Positions 37,600-51,139 are shown, counted from the stretch's first letter. The stretch: DNA of 64,000 nt from Octopus vulgaris (GCA_951406725.2 OX597816.1:175646001-175710000), one strand, 5' to 3'. Numbers and translations are program-made. Notes: generated from the sequence alone by a model not told the origin.

Positions 37600-38715
37600 T
37601 TAAACACTGTTAGGAAATTAATTTTGATTCTACTGCTGGTGTTATTCAAATGCATTAACAACAACAATAATGAGCAAAGCCTTTATTTGTAGGGAAAACA
37701 TATCACTACTTGAATTGATCTCAGTATATTACTGATACTAATACTAGAGAGCCAAAAGACAAAATCAATTCTAGTGGAATTTTGAACTTGGTAAGAGGGA
37801 TGCAACTGAAGTACACACATATCATTTAGTTACATGTTTTGCTATTTTTGCTTCAATTAGGTACAAGGACAGAAATTTTCAGGGATTGCAAAGTCAACTA
37901 TATCGATCCCAGTACTTAAACGATAATTTTAATCAACCATGGAAACACAGTATTGATCTTGTGAGGATTTAAACTTGAAAACCAAAAGAAATATTGCAAA
38001 GCATTTTGTTCAACATTAACAATTCTGTTAATCCATTGCCCTTTCCTTCCTCCCGGGGCACAAGGTCTGAAATCTGAGAGAGAGTTTAGGTGATTAAATT
38101 TACCCCAATATTTAATGGGTACTTTATTTTATCTACCTTGAAAGGGTAGATAAACTTCAGTTTGCCAACAATTGACTAATTTGCTAAATAAAAAGCTAAA
38201 AAGAAAGAAGGAAGAAAAAGAAGGAAGCAGGGTGATCAGAAAAGAAGGTAAAGCAGCAATGAATTTGTACTTAGAATATAAACGAGCAGATCTAATCCAA
38301 AAAACAATTTATCCAATGCCCAAATCCATCAACTCGGCAACAATAACAGCAAACCAAATTCTTTATGAAACCCAAAATTTTACAGGGAAAATGTAGAAGA
38401 ACTTTTGTTTTTCATACCTTTTTGCAGTGGCATATCTGAAGTGTTTTAAACTAGATATCATAGTCTGGTCTTACTTTAGTTTGCCAACAATTAACTAATT
38501 TACTAAATAAAAAGTTAAAAAGTAAGGAAGAACAAGAACAAAGCAGGATGATCATAAAAGAAGGAAACGCAGTAAAGTAAATGGAAAAAACTGATAAAAT
38601 ATGAAATATGAGGAGGAATATGAAAAATAAAAAGAGAGCAGGAGAAAAAAGAGGAAGACAGTTAAAGAAAGGCATTCACTGAGAAAACTTACAAGTGATA
38701 GGCTATATATATATA

Positions 38716-39010
38716 TCATCATCGTCATTTAGCATCCGCTTTCCATGCTAGCATAGGTTGGATGGTTCAACTGGGGTCTGTGAAGCCGGAAGGCTGCACC
38801 AGGCCCAGTCTGATCTGGCAGTGTTTCTATGGTTGGATGCCCTTCCTAACGCCAACCACTCCGTGAGTGTAGTGGGTGCTTTTTACGTGCCACCCGCACA
38901 GGTGCCAGACGGAGCTGGCAAACGGCCACGGACGGATGGTGCTTTTACGTGCCACCAGCACGGAGACCAGACGGGGCGGCGCCGGCAACGGCCACGATCG
39001 GATGGTTCGC
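38716..39010 (-). mobile_element. RTE 3'-UTR copy
   Basis: Reverse-complemented core and repeat units. Confidence 0.85.
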
Positions 39011-39066
39011 TTAACCACAGCTGCAATTTCCACTGATGTTGATCGACCTCAATTTTGGTTCTGCTT

Positions 39067-39252
<186 letters not shown>

Positions 39253-39256
39253 TTAC

Positions 39257-39373
39257 ATTGGAGATAAATATTCCATCATCTGTCCTGTTTGTAGTGTTAT
39301 CTGCATAGGTAAGGGCACCACCACGAATTCGGAGACCCAACTTTTCATCAGGATGTTTGCTTATTGTGTATTT
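39257..39373 (-). CDS. scrib: Scribble-like exon, PDZ4 start (KYTISKHPDEKLGLRIRGGALTYADNTTNRTDDGIFISN)
   Basis: TTTCCAG acceptor and GTAAGA donor; 117 nt; EKLG-IRGG...TDDGIFIS matches PDZ4. Confidence 0.92.
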
Positions 39374-39675
39374 CTGGAAATGGACAAATGGAAAGATAAG
39401 TTGAAAAAGTTGAGAGAAGAGTGATATGAAAGAGGTGAGTGCTATGGAAGGAAGGAAGGGATAAGAGCATATGAGTGTCATGATGGAGTGATGAGGATTA
39501 AGATGTCTTGATTTGTTATATTTTGTAAAGTGGTGTTTACTGCTACTCCATTTACATTTAGTGAGTTAACTTGTGTTTACATGATATGACAACCACAACC
39601 AAGTACAGTAGGGTAGCAGTGCTTAATAGGGGCCAACTGTTGTGTAGTAGACTGTTTAGGGGTATTTACTGTATT

Positions 39676-39876
39676 AAGGCGGCGAGTTGGCAGAAACGTT
39701 AGCACGCCGGGCGAAATGCTTTGCGGTATTTCGTCTGCCGTTACGTTCTGAGTTCAAATTCCGCCGAGGTCGACTTTGCCTTTCATCCTTTCGGGGTCGA
39801 TAAATTAAAGTACCAGTTACGCACTGTCCTTGTTTGTCCCCTCTGTGTTTAGCCCCTTGTGGGTAATAAAGAAATA
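39676..39876 (+). mobile_element. tRNA-headed SINE family B with a perfect 15-bp TSD
   Basis: GGCGGCGAGTTGGCAGAAACG...GAGTTCAAATTCC head; GGTATTTACTGTATT at 39661-39675 and 39877-39891. Confidence 0.9.
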
Positions 39877-40186
39877 GGTATTTACTGTATTGGTTGAACA
39901 TCATTGTGCATCAGAAGACCTGTGAGGGTAACAGACTAAATCATTTTTAGATTTGCACTTCAGCCATGGTTGTGTTATTTTATTATAAAATATGTGAGTC
40001 CTATCTTAAAAACACTAAAGAGGTGAGATAGTTAAGTTGTTACTCAGCATTAAACATCAATATAGAAGTTCCATTACTAACTCAGTATAGTTAAAGCCAT
40101 TTCCTCTTTATTGTAAGGAAGGCTGTCCAAATTCTAACTTGAAGACAGAAAGGAATTTGTTTCATAAGGTTTGGCTGTTGTATTAA

Positions 40187-40691
40187 TCCTTTCGTTACTA
40201 ACCCGGCTGAAACCGGCTCTGGCTCTGAGTACAAATGTCTTGCTTTCATAAATTTTGAATTAAAATCTTACACCAAACCTTAGTCACAATTTATGTTCCT
40301 AACACCAGCTGAATGATGACTAAGTTATTTTAGTAAATTCTTTGTTATATTAAACAAAGCCCCTCGCCTGGCCCCCGTGCCGGTAGCACGTAAAAGCACC
40401 ATCCGTTTGTGGCCGTTTGCCAGCTCTGTCTGGCACCTGTGCAGGTGGCATGTAAAAAGCATCCACTACACTCACGGAGTGGTTGGCATTAGGAAGGGCA
40501 TCCAGCCGTAGAAACACTGCCAAATCTGACTGGGGCTGATGAAGCCTTCCGGCTTCACAGACCCCAGTTAAACCGTCCAATCCATGCTAGCATGGAAAAC
40601 GGATGCTAAATGATGATGATGATGATGATGATGATTTAAAGTAATTGAAAGAAATACAGAGCATCTCAAAATAAATACAGTAACGAAAGGG
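40187..40691. mobile_element. Second piggyBac-type MITE family with a nested RTE 3' copy at about 40360-40633
   Basis: TTAA|TCCTTTCGTTACT...AGTAACGAAAGGG|TTAA. Confidence 0.8.
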
Positions 40692-41053
40692 TTAAGCAGC
40701 TTTCTGCTTGAATTATAATAATAATAGTAATAATAATAATAATAATAATTGTGTACAGTGCTCAGGTGCACTACAACTCATCTAAAGTGTATATATAATC
40801 AGGTGTAGTTTCGGCGGATTTCGGAAAGCATGAGGGCCTTAAAGGATGCAGTGTCATGGCAGTCATGAAGTTTCTTTCCTGACCCAAAAAGTTTCATCAT
40901 CAGTTCATAAGTAATTTAATAAGGTTTTCAAAATAGTTTGTTGTTGATTAATGTGGGAATGTGTAGTACGCAAGCATGATGTGAAAGTGTTCAGAGACAT
41001 GGTAGCAGGTTGGTGTATTAGTGATGAGGTAGATTTTAGTGAGAAAAACTCAC

Positions 41054-41170
41054 ATGTAGACCTAGCAGTGGGGGTTCATGTACCACTTCCAGTGTCATCT
41101 GATTGCAAGGTTTGATCAATGCCATTACAGCTTCCTGGTGTGTTGCTTTGGTCAGATCAGTATCGTTCAC
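41054..41170 (-). CDS. scrib: Scribble-like exon, PDZ3 end (VNDTDLTKATHQEAVMALIKPCNQMTLEVVHEPPLLGLH)
   Basis: TATAG acceptor and GTGAGT donor; 117 nt; ATHQEAV..L..PC matches the Scribble PDZ3 alphaB helix. Confidence 0.93.
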
Positions 41171-41238
41171 CTATATAAATGATAGTGAAAAGAAAATATA
41201 TTGATTTCTTTATTTAATTATTTATTGTATTGAATATG

Positions 41239-41524
41239 ACACCGTCACCGTGACCGACCAGGCTATCAGATGTTGCTGCACATTGTTTTAGCCTTCGAAT
41301 GACGCCACCCCGCTGGCTAAGCGAGCAGGCCAACAGAAGAAAAAGTGAGAGAAAGTTGTGGCGAAGGTGTACAGCAGGGATCGCCACTATCCCCTGCCAG
41401 AGCCTCGTGGAGCTTCAGGTGTTTTCGCTCAATAAACACTCACAACGCCTGGTCTGGGAATCGAAACCGTGATCCTACGACTGCGAGTCCGCTGCCCTAA
41501 CCACTGGGCCATTGCGCCTCCACA
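41239..41524 (-). mobile_element. tRNA-headed SINE family C variant with a different 3' part
   Basis: Head and about 180 bp shared with 29620-29806; 11-bp TSD TATTGAATATG. Confidence 0.85.
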
Positions 41525-41860
41525 TATTGAATATGTATATGTACTAAATATCATAGGAATTGCACCTCAGCGAGTGTTAAAGAGAAGGTTGGTCAGCATA
41601 CAAACATTGATTACTATTTCATGCACTAGGTCATATATTCTATATGAATGGAAAGTCAATTCTCATGATATAAGCACTTGACTGCTACTTATTTTATTAC
41701 CTTCAGAGGAATAAAAGGCAAAGCTGACAGCAGTGGAATTTCAAATCAGAACATAAATACTAGTAGATAAATAGCACAAGGCATGCTGTACACTGCTCTA
41801 CTGAGTTTGCCAATTCACTACCCTCTATTTATATATTACAGATATTGTCATCTAAGGATA

Positions 41861-42254
41861 TCTTTATATATAAAAGTCAAGTTGTGTGTCTGTCTCCTAC
41901 GATTTAGATTCCTAACTACTCCCACATTTTGCAGTGCAGTGTAACCAAAAGCGGGTATCTTATAGTCGTGATTCATATCGAGGCCTTCTGGGTATTAGCA
42001 CGCGTCTGCGATGAGTCTACGATTTTAAAAATAATTTACCATAATTTTTTCCCCATTTTAATGCATTTTTTTTCGCTAAGGGAAGTAACTCTCTAAAAAT
42101 GTCTACGATGAGTCAACGATTTAAAAAAAATTTACCATAATTTTTTTCCCATTTTCAATGCATTTTTTTTGCTATTTTTTGGCTATAACTCTCTAAAAAT
42201 GCTTATATAGTTATTTCCCTTACAAACCCGAGCAACGCCGGGTGATACTGCTAG
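41861..42254 (+). mobile_element. Non-autonomous Helitron
   Basis: A|TCTTTATATATAAAA...CCCGAGCAACGCCGGG...CTAG|T. Confidence 0.88.
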
Positions 42255-42711
42255 TCATTAATATATTTATAGGTTTCTATCATTGCTTATTGATAAACTT
42301 CCTACAGATGAATATGATTTCTCAACATCAGCGTTCATCTAGCTCTAGGCTAGCCTTATGATCCAGCAATCTTATGTCAGACATTCTTTTTGTGAATGAG
42401 AGACTATATTGCTTATTGAATCCTTCTTTATGTAAGATTGCAGTGTGACCTGGGTAAGATTGAAGTTAATATTTGTAAGAAGTTAGCAATTGCATCGTGG
42501 CCCCTTTGTCGTCATATCCCTATATGGGAGGCTATAGTAGTAGTTAGCTCCCTCCGTAACACATGCAATATCAGTGTCTTAGATAATTTTTCCATACATG
42601 AAAAACAGATGAATTAAAATTTGTTTGTTGTATTTACCTGTCAATTATCTTAGACCATTTGTATAATTTTACAACAGGTGTATTATTATATTCACTTTTA
42701 TTTCTTAAGTA

Positions 42712-43745
42712 TGTTGCATGAGTGATATCCTCACTGTTTGAAAGACACATTAGGAATAATCTCAAGGTAGATAACAACCATCTTTGGCTAGTTTGACCCT
42801 GTTGTGTCCACTGCTCTGATTGGTCGGCATTTGGCGCAGTTTGTCTTTGGACATATTTTGCGCCAGTGTGTAAGCAAACCAATCACGGCCTTTGGATAAG
42901 GTCTTGTGATGCTGTTTTTCTGATCCTTCATTTGAGCCATCTAAACCCTATAAAAAGCCCAGCATTCACTATTCCGGGTCTTTGGCTCTAAACCTTCTAT
43001 GGTCTAGTCACTGACCACCAAGCTACTCAGCTGTGTTCCAGTTCCAGCGACAGACGACCAGCCAGCCAGCCAGCTATGCTCCTGCTTCAGCCACGACAAT
43101 GCTAATGTACACCAGCAGCATAGGACATCTCCACCACTGTCGCTATTACCACCGTCAACTTCAAATATGTACACATCAACATCGACCAGGTTTAAAACTC
43201 CACGCTGTTTGTGAATATTTCACTGAGGTAAAACAGTTACAGTCTACCTGAAAGAACTTTCTGTGTCAAGAGACTCGGCAAGGCATTGAGGCCCCAACCG
43301 CTGCACGACATGTGCCCAACCGGCCTCTGCCTCGTGTCCACAACATCTTGTTATAGAACTTGCTATCGTGTACCTCACTTACGAACTGGTAAACAAATTC
43401 CATCTTAACTCAATATGCTGAGAAACGTATCTTTGCTCTGTATTCTTTTGTATACGCATTCACCTTATTTGTATCTGTCGCATACACGAACACACAAACG
43501 CAAACACTTGTCGCACACAGCCAGACACAACACTTTGCTAGCACTCACACACACACACTCCCTCCTTGTACACTTTGTAAAATAAAGTCATCTTCTCTCT
43601 CAAACAGTAGAACGGTTGTCGTCCATCATTCATTCCTTTTGTCACTGTACTTTATATCATGCATTTGGCTTCTTATTTTGTTAGGGACGACCGTGCGATG
43701 TTTTAAAGGAGACATTTGTCACCAACTCCTGTCGTATTCCCAACA
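42712..43745 (+). mobile_element. Solo LTR, 1034 bp
   Basis: AGTA|TGTTG...CAACA|AGTA (TG..CA ends, 4-bp TSD); TATAAAA at about 42949 and AATAAA at 43581. Confidence 0.75.
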
Positions 43746-44453
43746 AGTAGCAGATAATATTGAATAGTATAGTCTTTTGAGAAACATTTACGATCTGAGT
43801 GCTGATAATCCTATTTAAAAGATGCAGTGAAATAAAGTATTAGATAACTTGAATACATAATCTGTGTGTGTGCGTGTTTAAAAAAATCTAGTAAACAGAA
43901 TGTAATAGTTTAGGTGTATTTTAAACACCTAAGATGACTATTAAAACGAAACTATTCTTTTTCAATCCAAAGAAACTAATGAAAGTTATTGAATTCAATC
44001 TAATGTTTTCAAGTGAGTTTGCGGAATGTTAAGCAAGTTCAATTGTCCTACAAGAAGTGAACTTAATGACATCACTCAAAATCCTTTGACTGACTGTTGC
44101 TGATAGCAAACTTTACAATTTTCATCCATTTCAGGAATTTACCCTGAATTAGGGATTTGAAGAAATGTTGAAATTATGGAAATAATTCTATAATTTCGAA
44201 ATTTTGTTTCAACATGGTATAAAAAAAGGCTTCTTAAACAGAAGAATTTGATAAAAAATTTAGCAATGTTGAAATTTTTTAATTGTAAAGGCAAATCTAT
44301 TTCAATAATGTATTTTGTTTAATGGTAGAGGTCCACAGGTAATTTAAAGTGAAAGAACTAAGAAAGTTCAAAAGTAAATCAACTAGCCACATTCAAGATG
44401 ATGGCCAAAATACTATTTGCTTATAATAAAACTTATTTTTAAAATGTACTTAC

Positions 44454-44513
44454 AGAAAGAATTCTGTCACCAAATTTAAGGTTTGTACTGGCAGCAATTC
44501 CATCTTTCTCAAT
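44454..44513 (-). CDS. scrib: Scribble-like exon, PDZ3 middle (IEKDGIAASTNLKFGDRILS)
   Basis: TTTCTAG acceptor and GTAAGT donor; 60 nt in frame; PDZ GDRIL motif. Not in the ORF track. Confidence 0.92.
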
Positions 44514-44599
44514 CTAGAAATGAAAACATTCTAATCAACATTATTGTTTTTACAGACATGTAACATGGAGGGAAACTGGAAGTTCCTACGAGACAACAC

Positions 44600-46865
44600 T
44601 GAGAGCCACAGACCAAATTTGTGGCTGGTGCCAAGTCCCGACAAGGCCTAGAGTGATATGATGGTGGAACAGTGTAGTTGGCAGGGCTTTTAGAGTAGAG
44701 AAACAGGACTGGAGGGGGTGGCACCAGCAAAGAACTATATCAAGTAGCTAGAAGAGAAGATAGGAGTCAGGTATACTTAGCCAGGGGAGAAGCAGAAAGG
44801 AAGATGTTTGCCAAATATTCTATGGTGTGAGGGCCAGCAGCTTGAAGTGTTTTGATTTGCAAGACAGTGTATCAGGGAAAATTCTGATGTTGTAGGAGAG
44901 AAGAGCGTTTGCATGAATGAAGGTTCACTTGCAGTTAATGACTCTGCAAAGAAAGAGGCTTGGAAATGCCACTATGAAAGGCTGCTGAATGTGGAGAACA
45001 CATGGAGAAGGACAGTCTGCCTGATGTGAATCCAACAGAATGACCAGCTATCTGAATAGACAGTAGCTTGGTAGATAAATCTATGAAGGATATAAAGACA
45101 GGGAAAGCCCCCACACCATCAGGAATTGCTGCTGAGATGCTTAAAATATCTGATGGAATGGGATATGGTCTAATCACGTGTTTAGTCAATCAGGTGGTAG
45201 TCCATGAGGGAGTCATACCAAATGACTGGTGTAGCAGTACTATAGTCAACTGCTATAAAAGTAAAGGTGACACCTTAGACAGAAATAATTAGATATCAAA
45301 TTGTTGAACCAAGTGATGAAAGTTACAGAGAAATCATAGCTCAACTTACTTGGAAGAGAGTTAGTCTAGATGAGATGCAGATTGTTTTTTGAGGAGTATC
45401 ACTGATACTATATTCTTGGTAAGGCAGCTGTAGGAGAAGTACTTAGCCAAAAATGAACCTCTGTACTTGGCTTTTGTTGACATGGAGAAAGCCTTTGACA
45501 GGCTCCCCTACTCCCTTGGTCAATGCAGAAGCTAGGGATAGATGAGTGGCTGGTGAAAGCTGGAAAGCCATGTACAGGATGCCATCAATAAGGTGAGGAT
45601 TGATAGTAATGCATTCAGTGTACTGGTAGGAGTTCCCCATGGTTCAGTTCTTAGCCCCTTCTAGTTCATCATAGTCTTCCAGGCCATAATAGAAGAATTT
45701 AATATGGGCTGTGCTTGGGAGCTCTTCTATGCTGATGACCTTGTTCTTATAGCTCAATCTCTACCAGAACTAGAGAAGAAATTTCAGGAGTGGAAACAAG
45801 GTCTAGAATCAGAGTGCCTAAGAGTTAATTTAACAAAGACCAAAGTCTTAGTAAGTAGGAAAATAGGCAAATCACAAATCCCTTCAGGAAGAAGGCCTTG
45901 CTTGATATGTAGGAAATGTGTAAGTAGAAACACCATAAGGGGTACTCAGTGCAAGATATGGACGTATAAGAGGTGCTGCAGTATCAGAGGAAGGTTAACA
46001 GAGAAAGTAGTCTGTGTGTGACAGATGGGCAGGTACAATAAACACTAAGAATGTACAGAAAATAGACTTCATCAAATGGCCTGGAGAGAGTGGGGTACTA
46101 AGAAGTAGTAGATAGCTTCCATTCCCTAGGTCAGCAATGGAGAAGGATGCTCTGAGAGCCTAGCTGCTAGAATAAGAATGTGCTTGGCAAAGTTCAGAGA
46201 GCTACCTTTGTTGGTAACAAAGAGCCTTTCCCTCTGAGTGAAAGGTAGATTGTATGATACCTATGTGCAAACAGCCATGCTACATGGCAGTGAAACATGG
46301 GCTGTGACTGCAGAGGGCATGCAAAGTCTTGAAAGAAATGAAGCTGGTATGCTCTAATGGATGTGCAATGTCAGTGTGTACATACAACAGAATGTGTCTT
46401 AAGAGAAAAATAGGGTATAAGAGGCATCAGATGTAATGTACAAGAGAGAAGACTGTGTCGTATGGTCATGTGATGCATATGGATGAGGACAGCTGTGTAA
46501 AGAAGAGCTGAATTCTAACTGTGGAGAGAACCTGTGGAAGAAGTAGACCCAGGAAAACATAGGACAATGTGGTGAAATATGATCTTCGGATGCTGAGTGC
46601 CACTGAGGTGATGACAAATGGCTGAGACTTTTAGCAATTTGCTGTGCTTTTGAAGACACATCAAGCTAAGTGAGATCAAAGTCGTGGCCAGTGACATGTA
46701 CAAGGTATCCATGCTGATGACAGGTAAAAGACACCTAGTACACTCTATGGAATGGTTGGTGTTAGGAAGGGTATCCAGCTGTAGGCAAAACAAACTGGAA
46801 CTTGGGTAAGTCAAACCATATTACCCATGCCAGCATGCAAAACAGATTATAAAGGATGATGACGG
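44600..46865 (+). mobile_element. Decayed RTE LINE (RT, C-terminus and 3' UTR)
   Basis: KTGKAPTPSGIAAEMLK, IPNDW, FVDMEKAFD and WELFYADDLVL motifs; 3' end carries the GGTTGGTGTTAGGAAGGG core and a GAT tail. Confidence 0.88.
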
Positions 46866-47769
46866 GGATGACTTCTCCATGCTTGAATGGGTTAGATGGA
46901 ATTCCTGGAAGCAGGTTTTCTATAGCCAAATGCTTTCTCTGTAACCATCTCACCTGTTTCCATGCAAAGTAATACTTCACCATGGCTGGACATGTTTACA
47001 GAGAAAATTCAAAACAAAAGATACTGCTTGTATCATCATGACACTTGCTCACAGCCATCATGTGATATCAAGACAAGGAGAAACATACATGCATGCACAC
47101 ACATACACATATACGTATACACAGAGACACCTATCTATCAACGTCATCATCATTTAGCATCTGTCTTCCTTCCATACTGGCATAGGTTGGACAGTTTAAC
47201 AGGATCTGACAAGCCAGGTTGTATCATGCTCTAATGATTTTTTCAGCATAGTTTCTATGGCTGGAAGCCCTTCCTAATGCCAACTACTCTACATAGTATA
47301 CAGAATGCATTTTTTGTGGCACCAACACTAGTAAAGTTAATAAGTAACTCAGAAGACAAGATCTCTTGACAGAGTCAGGGTGTGATGACAGAGAGACAGG
47401 AACAGGTGGATGTACATAGCTACCCAAGCTGGAAAAATGATGGTGATGAGATGCAAAGGTGTTACCTCAAGGTACAAGAATGTGAATATAAGAGAGAATA
47501 GGGACAAAGGACCAGAAAGGATAGGTGGGTAGGTAACTTTGTGATTGTATGAAAGAGAGTGACAGATGGCTAGAGATTGGTATAAGGGTGAATGCAGTGA
47601 ACAGTGAATAAAGTTGAAGGTCTGGTCAATGGTGAATATCAGTTTGAGGGGGAAGGTGAAGGAAACAGGAGTTGACCAGGGATGAGGTGGTGGTCATAAG
47701 TGGCAGTTCAAAATACAACAGTATAATAAAACTGTAAACAGATGAAAAACAGAGAGATGAAAAATCAAA

Positions 47770-48373
47770 ACAAATCAAAATAGATGAACATCAATGGAAT
47801 CTGTATCTTTGTGGTACCAGTGCCGGTGGCACACAAGAAAACCATCCGAACGTGGCCGTAGCCAGTACCGCATCGACTGGCCTCTGTGCTGTGGGCACGT
47901 AACAAACACCATCCGATCGTGGCCGTTCGCCAGCCTCATCTGGCACCTGTGTCGGTGGCACATAAAAACACCATCCGAGCGTGGCCGTTCGCCAGCCTCG
48001 TCTGGCACCTGTGTCAGTGGCACATAAAAAAACACCATCCGAGCGTGGCCGTCTGCCAGCCTCGTCTGGCACCTGTGTCGGTGGCACATAAAAAACACCA
48101 TCCGAGCGTGCTGTGTTGGTGGCACATAAAAAACACCATCCGAGCATGGCCGTTCGCCAGCCTCGTCTGGCACCTGTGTCGGTGGCACATAAAATCACCC
48201 ACTACACTCTCGGAGTGGTTGGCGTTAGGAAAGGCATCCAGCTGTAGAAACACTGCCAGATCTGACTGGCCTGGTGCAGCCTTCGGGCTCCCCAGACCCC
48301 AGTTGAACCGTCCAACCCATGCTAGCATGGAAAGCGGACGTTAAATGATGATGATGATGATGATGATGATGAT
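47770..48373 (+). mobile_element. RTE 3'-UTR copy with about seven internal ~60-bp units
   Basis: GG(T)GGCAC(A/G)(T/C)AA anchors near 47826, 47894, 47955, 48018, 48081, 48119 and 48182. Confidence 0.88.
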
Positions 48374-48604
48374 GTGTAGAGTGAGTGGGTGAGAGAGGGA
48401 TGCACATTGACAGAGATGGAAGGGTGTCAGAGGTACATATGGGTGGAAATAAAGTGGGGAGGGTATTGATGCCTGATATAAGATGATGTTCAGAGAAAGG
48501 GGTATTCAGTGGAAAATAAAGTGGTAAGGGGTGATATTGAGAAAGTGGGATGGGTGACAAAAGGAAGTACTTTCAAGGAGAGGGACAAATGGTAACACAA
48601 AAGG

Positions 48605-49249
48605 GGTGCTTGAGGAGACCTATTGAGTCAAGTACATCAACATCAAAATAAAAATCAAATGGATATTGTAATTGCAATATCCATGCCAGTGGCACATTGG
48701 GCCACACAGAGGAAATGACGAAAGACCGAGACCTCTGGAGATATGCTGTGACTGCGAAAACCTGACAAATGAAGTGAGTTCATGGTTCCTGGCTTGCAAG
48801 ACGGCCTGCTGTGCTAACCTCGGATCGTAGAGTGACCTGCTGTGCTTGAGGAGACCTATTGAGTCAAGTACATCAAGATCAAAATAAAAATCAAATGGAA
48901 ATTGTAGTTATGATACCCATGCTGGTGGCACAGAAAAAGCACCATCTGAACGTGGCTGATGCCAGTGCCACCTGACTGGCATCCGTGTTGGTGACACGTA
49001 AAAAGCACCAACCAATCATGGCCGTTTGCCAGCCTCCTCTGGCCCCTGTGCTGGTGGCCCAAAGTAAAGCGCCCACTACACTCACGGAGTGGTTGGTGTT
49101 AGGAAGGGCATCCAGCTGTAGAAACATTGCCAGATCAGACTGGAGCCTGGCACAGCCTCCTGGCTTCCCAGACCCCAGTTGAACCGTCCTACCCATGCGA
49201 TCATGGAAAACGGATGTTAAACGATGATGATGATGATGATGATGATGAT
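48605..49249 (+). mobile_element. RTE copy with the ORF end and complete 3' UTR
   Basis: TEEMTKDRDLWRYAVTAKT-stop at about 48706-48765, followed by repeat units, core and (GAT)n. Confidence 0.85.
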
Positions 49250-49250
49250 G

Positions 49251-50451
49251 AAGTGATCAAATGTGATATTTAATTGAAATTTAATCATCAATGTACTTTC
49301 CCTGATTATCTATGACTTCCTTCCATCTATTTACAAGCTTTTTAATCCCATCAATGTAAAACTCTTTTGGTTTCAAAGCAAAGAACTCTGAAATGTCAGT
49401 TTCGACCTCCTCCTGGCTTGCAAAAGTTATGTCCCCCAAATGATTCTGTAAACTACGAAACAAATGGTAGTCTTCAGGAGAATAAGGTGGATGAGGAATT
49501 TTTTCCCAACCAAGCTCTTTGATCTTCTGTGATGTGATGTTTGCAGTGTGGGGTTGCGCATTGTCCTCATGAAACATCACTCCTTTTCGATTCACTAAAG
49601 CATGTCTTTTTTTTGTTCAAAGCTCAGTTCAAACGCTCCAATTGCTGACAGTAGACTTGAGCATTGATTGTTGCATTAGGTGGTAACCAAAGTGAATTAC
49701 TCTTTTGCAATCCCACCAGATAGAGAGAAGAATCTTTTTCCTTTCTTGGTTGTGGTTAAGCTTTTTCTCTTTTACCAAGCCACTGTTTACGACATTTAAC
49801 ATTTCGATAGAAGATCCCTTTTTCGTCACTAGTCACAAGTATATCCAAAAAGGGCGAAATGAGTTTGTGAGAATGGAGAGAAGAGCAGATGTCAACCTGG
49901 GATTTGCAGCTGCTTTCGGGCAATTCATGAGGCACCCATTTTCCAAGCTTAGGAACCTTTCCAAGTTGTTGAAGATGATGATGTTGTATGGTTTGAACTA
50001 AGCTTTATTGCCAATTCTTCAACTGATAATGCAGGACTTTCTTCAAGTAATGCCTCAACAAGCTTATCAGGATGTCCTGTTCGATCTTCATCTTCAAGGC
50101 TGAAATCTCCACTTCTGAATTTTGCAAACGATCTTCTACAAGTTCTTTCATTCAAGCATTCTTTTCCCGTAAATTGAGTGCATGTTTCAAGTTGCTTCAG
50201 CTGCAGAGTTTCATTTTTTGTACTCATAAAGCATTATGTGCCTCAAATGCTCTTTGGATACTTCCATGTTAGAAAATGTTTTAATCAAAGAAATTTTAAT
50301 TCTATTATTCTGTAAAATAATATTTAATTAGTTTAAATGTACACAAATGCATAAGAATAATTTTTAATTCCATTAGACATTCTAAAATACTATTAAATTT
50401 CATTCAATTTTAAAAAAGGTCAAATCGGACAGAACTTATGGGATGACCAGA
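49251..50451 (-). mobile_element. Decayed mariner transposon
   Basis: FHEDNAQPH...HPPYSP-DYHLF, KILLSIWWD and FAKFRSGDFSLEDE motifs; TIR AACTTATGGGATGACCAGA at the right end. Confidence 0.88.
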
Positions 50452-51139
50452 TATATGAAAAGCAAAGAGAAAATAAAACATCCTTATTGGTCAACTAGCA
50501 GCTGTTAATAGTATTTAGTTGTATTTCTAGCTTAGTTTAATACAGGTGTAGTTAGTAAATGTCCTTAATTGTAAAGTTTGTGTGTTTATCTGAAGTAAAC
50601 AGTTTTTTAAAATTTTATTATGTACTCATTGATTAATTAAAAAATTCGTTAGAAACAACTGTAATGAACTGACACTTATCCTCCACTTGTTATTTATTCA
50701 TTTATAATTCACCTCCCTTGGAGCCTGCCCCTTGCATGTTCCGAAGTATATTATGGACCGTATATTTAATAAAATGTACGTTTCTGAATTAGCCTAAGGG
50801 CTGAAGTTATATTCAGCTGGGTTCAATTAATTGTATACATAACCTGAATATCCTTCTGTCAGTACTTTTGTACCAAACTTGGTATTCATCTATAATTGTT
50901 GTGTATGCATTTTAATTCTGACCTAACTTGGTGCCTTACCTGTAAGTGCCTTATTTACTTGAATCACACATACACACACACATGAGTGTGTGTATGTGTG
51001 TAATAGTGAGGAAACTACCAGACAAATTGCTAATAAAATCAGCTACTCCCAGTAAAAATTAATTGTTAAATAAATTAATCAATCCAATAAGTGTCTAAAG
51101 AATTCATTCAACATAGAGAAATAAGTTTTGGAAACTTAC

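Noticed and set aside
38159-38575. About 100-bp diverged local duplication with Lys/Glu-rich ORFs
   Set aside because: Purine-rich low-complexity sequence with no splice or domain evidence.
47820-48200. CRISPR-like look of conserved repeats with variable intervening parts
   Set aside because: The intervening parts are homologous to each other, the array belongs to an RTE 3' UTR, and the context is eukaryotic with no cas genes.
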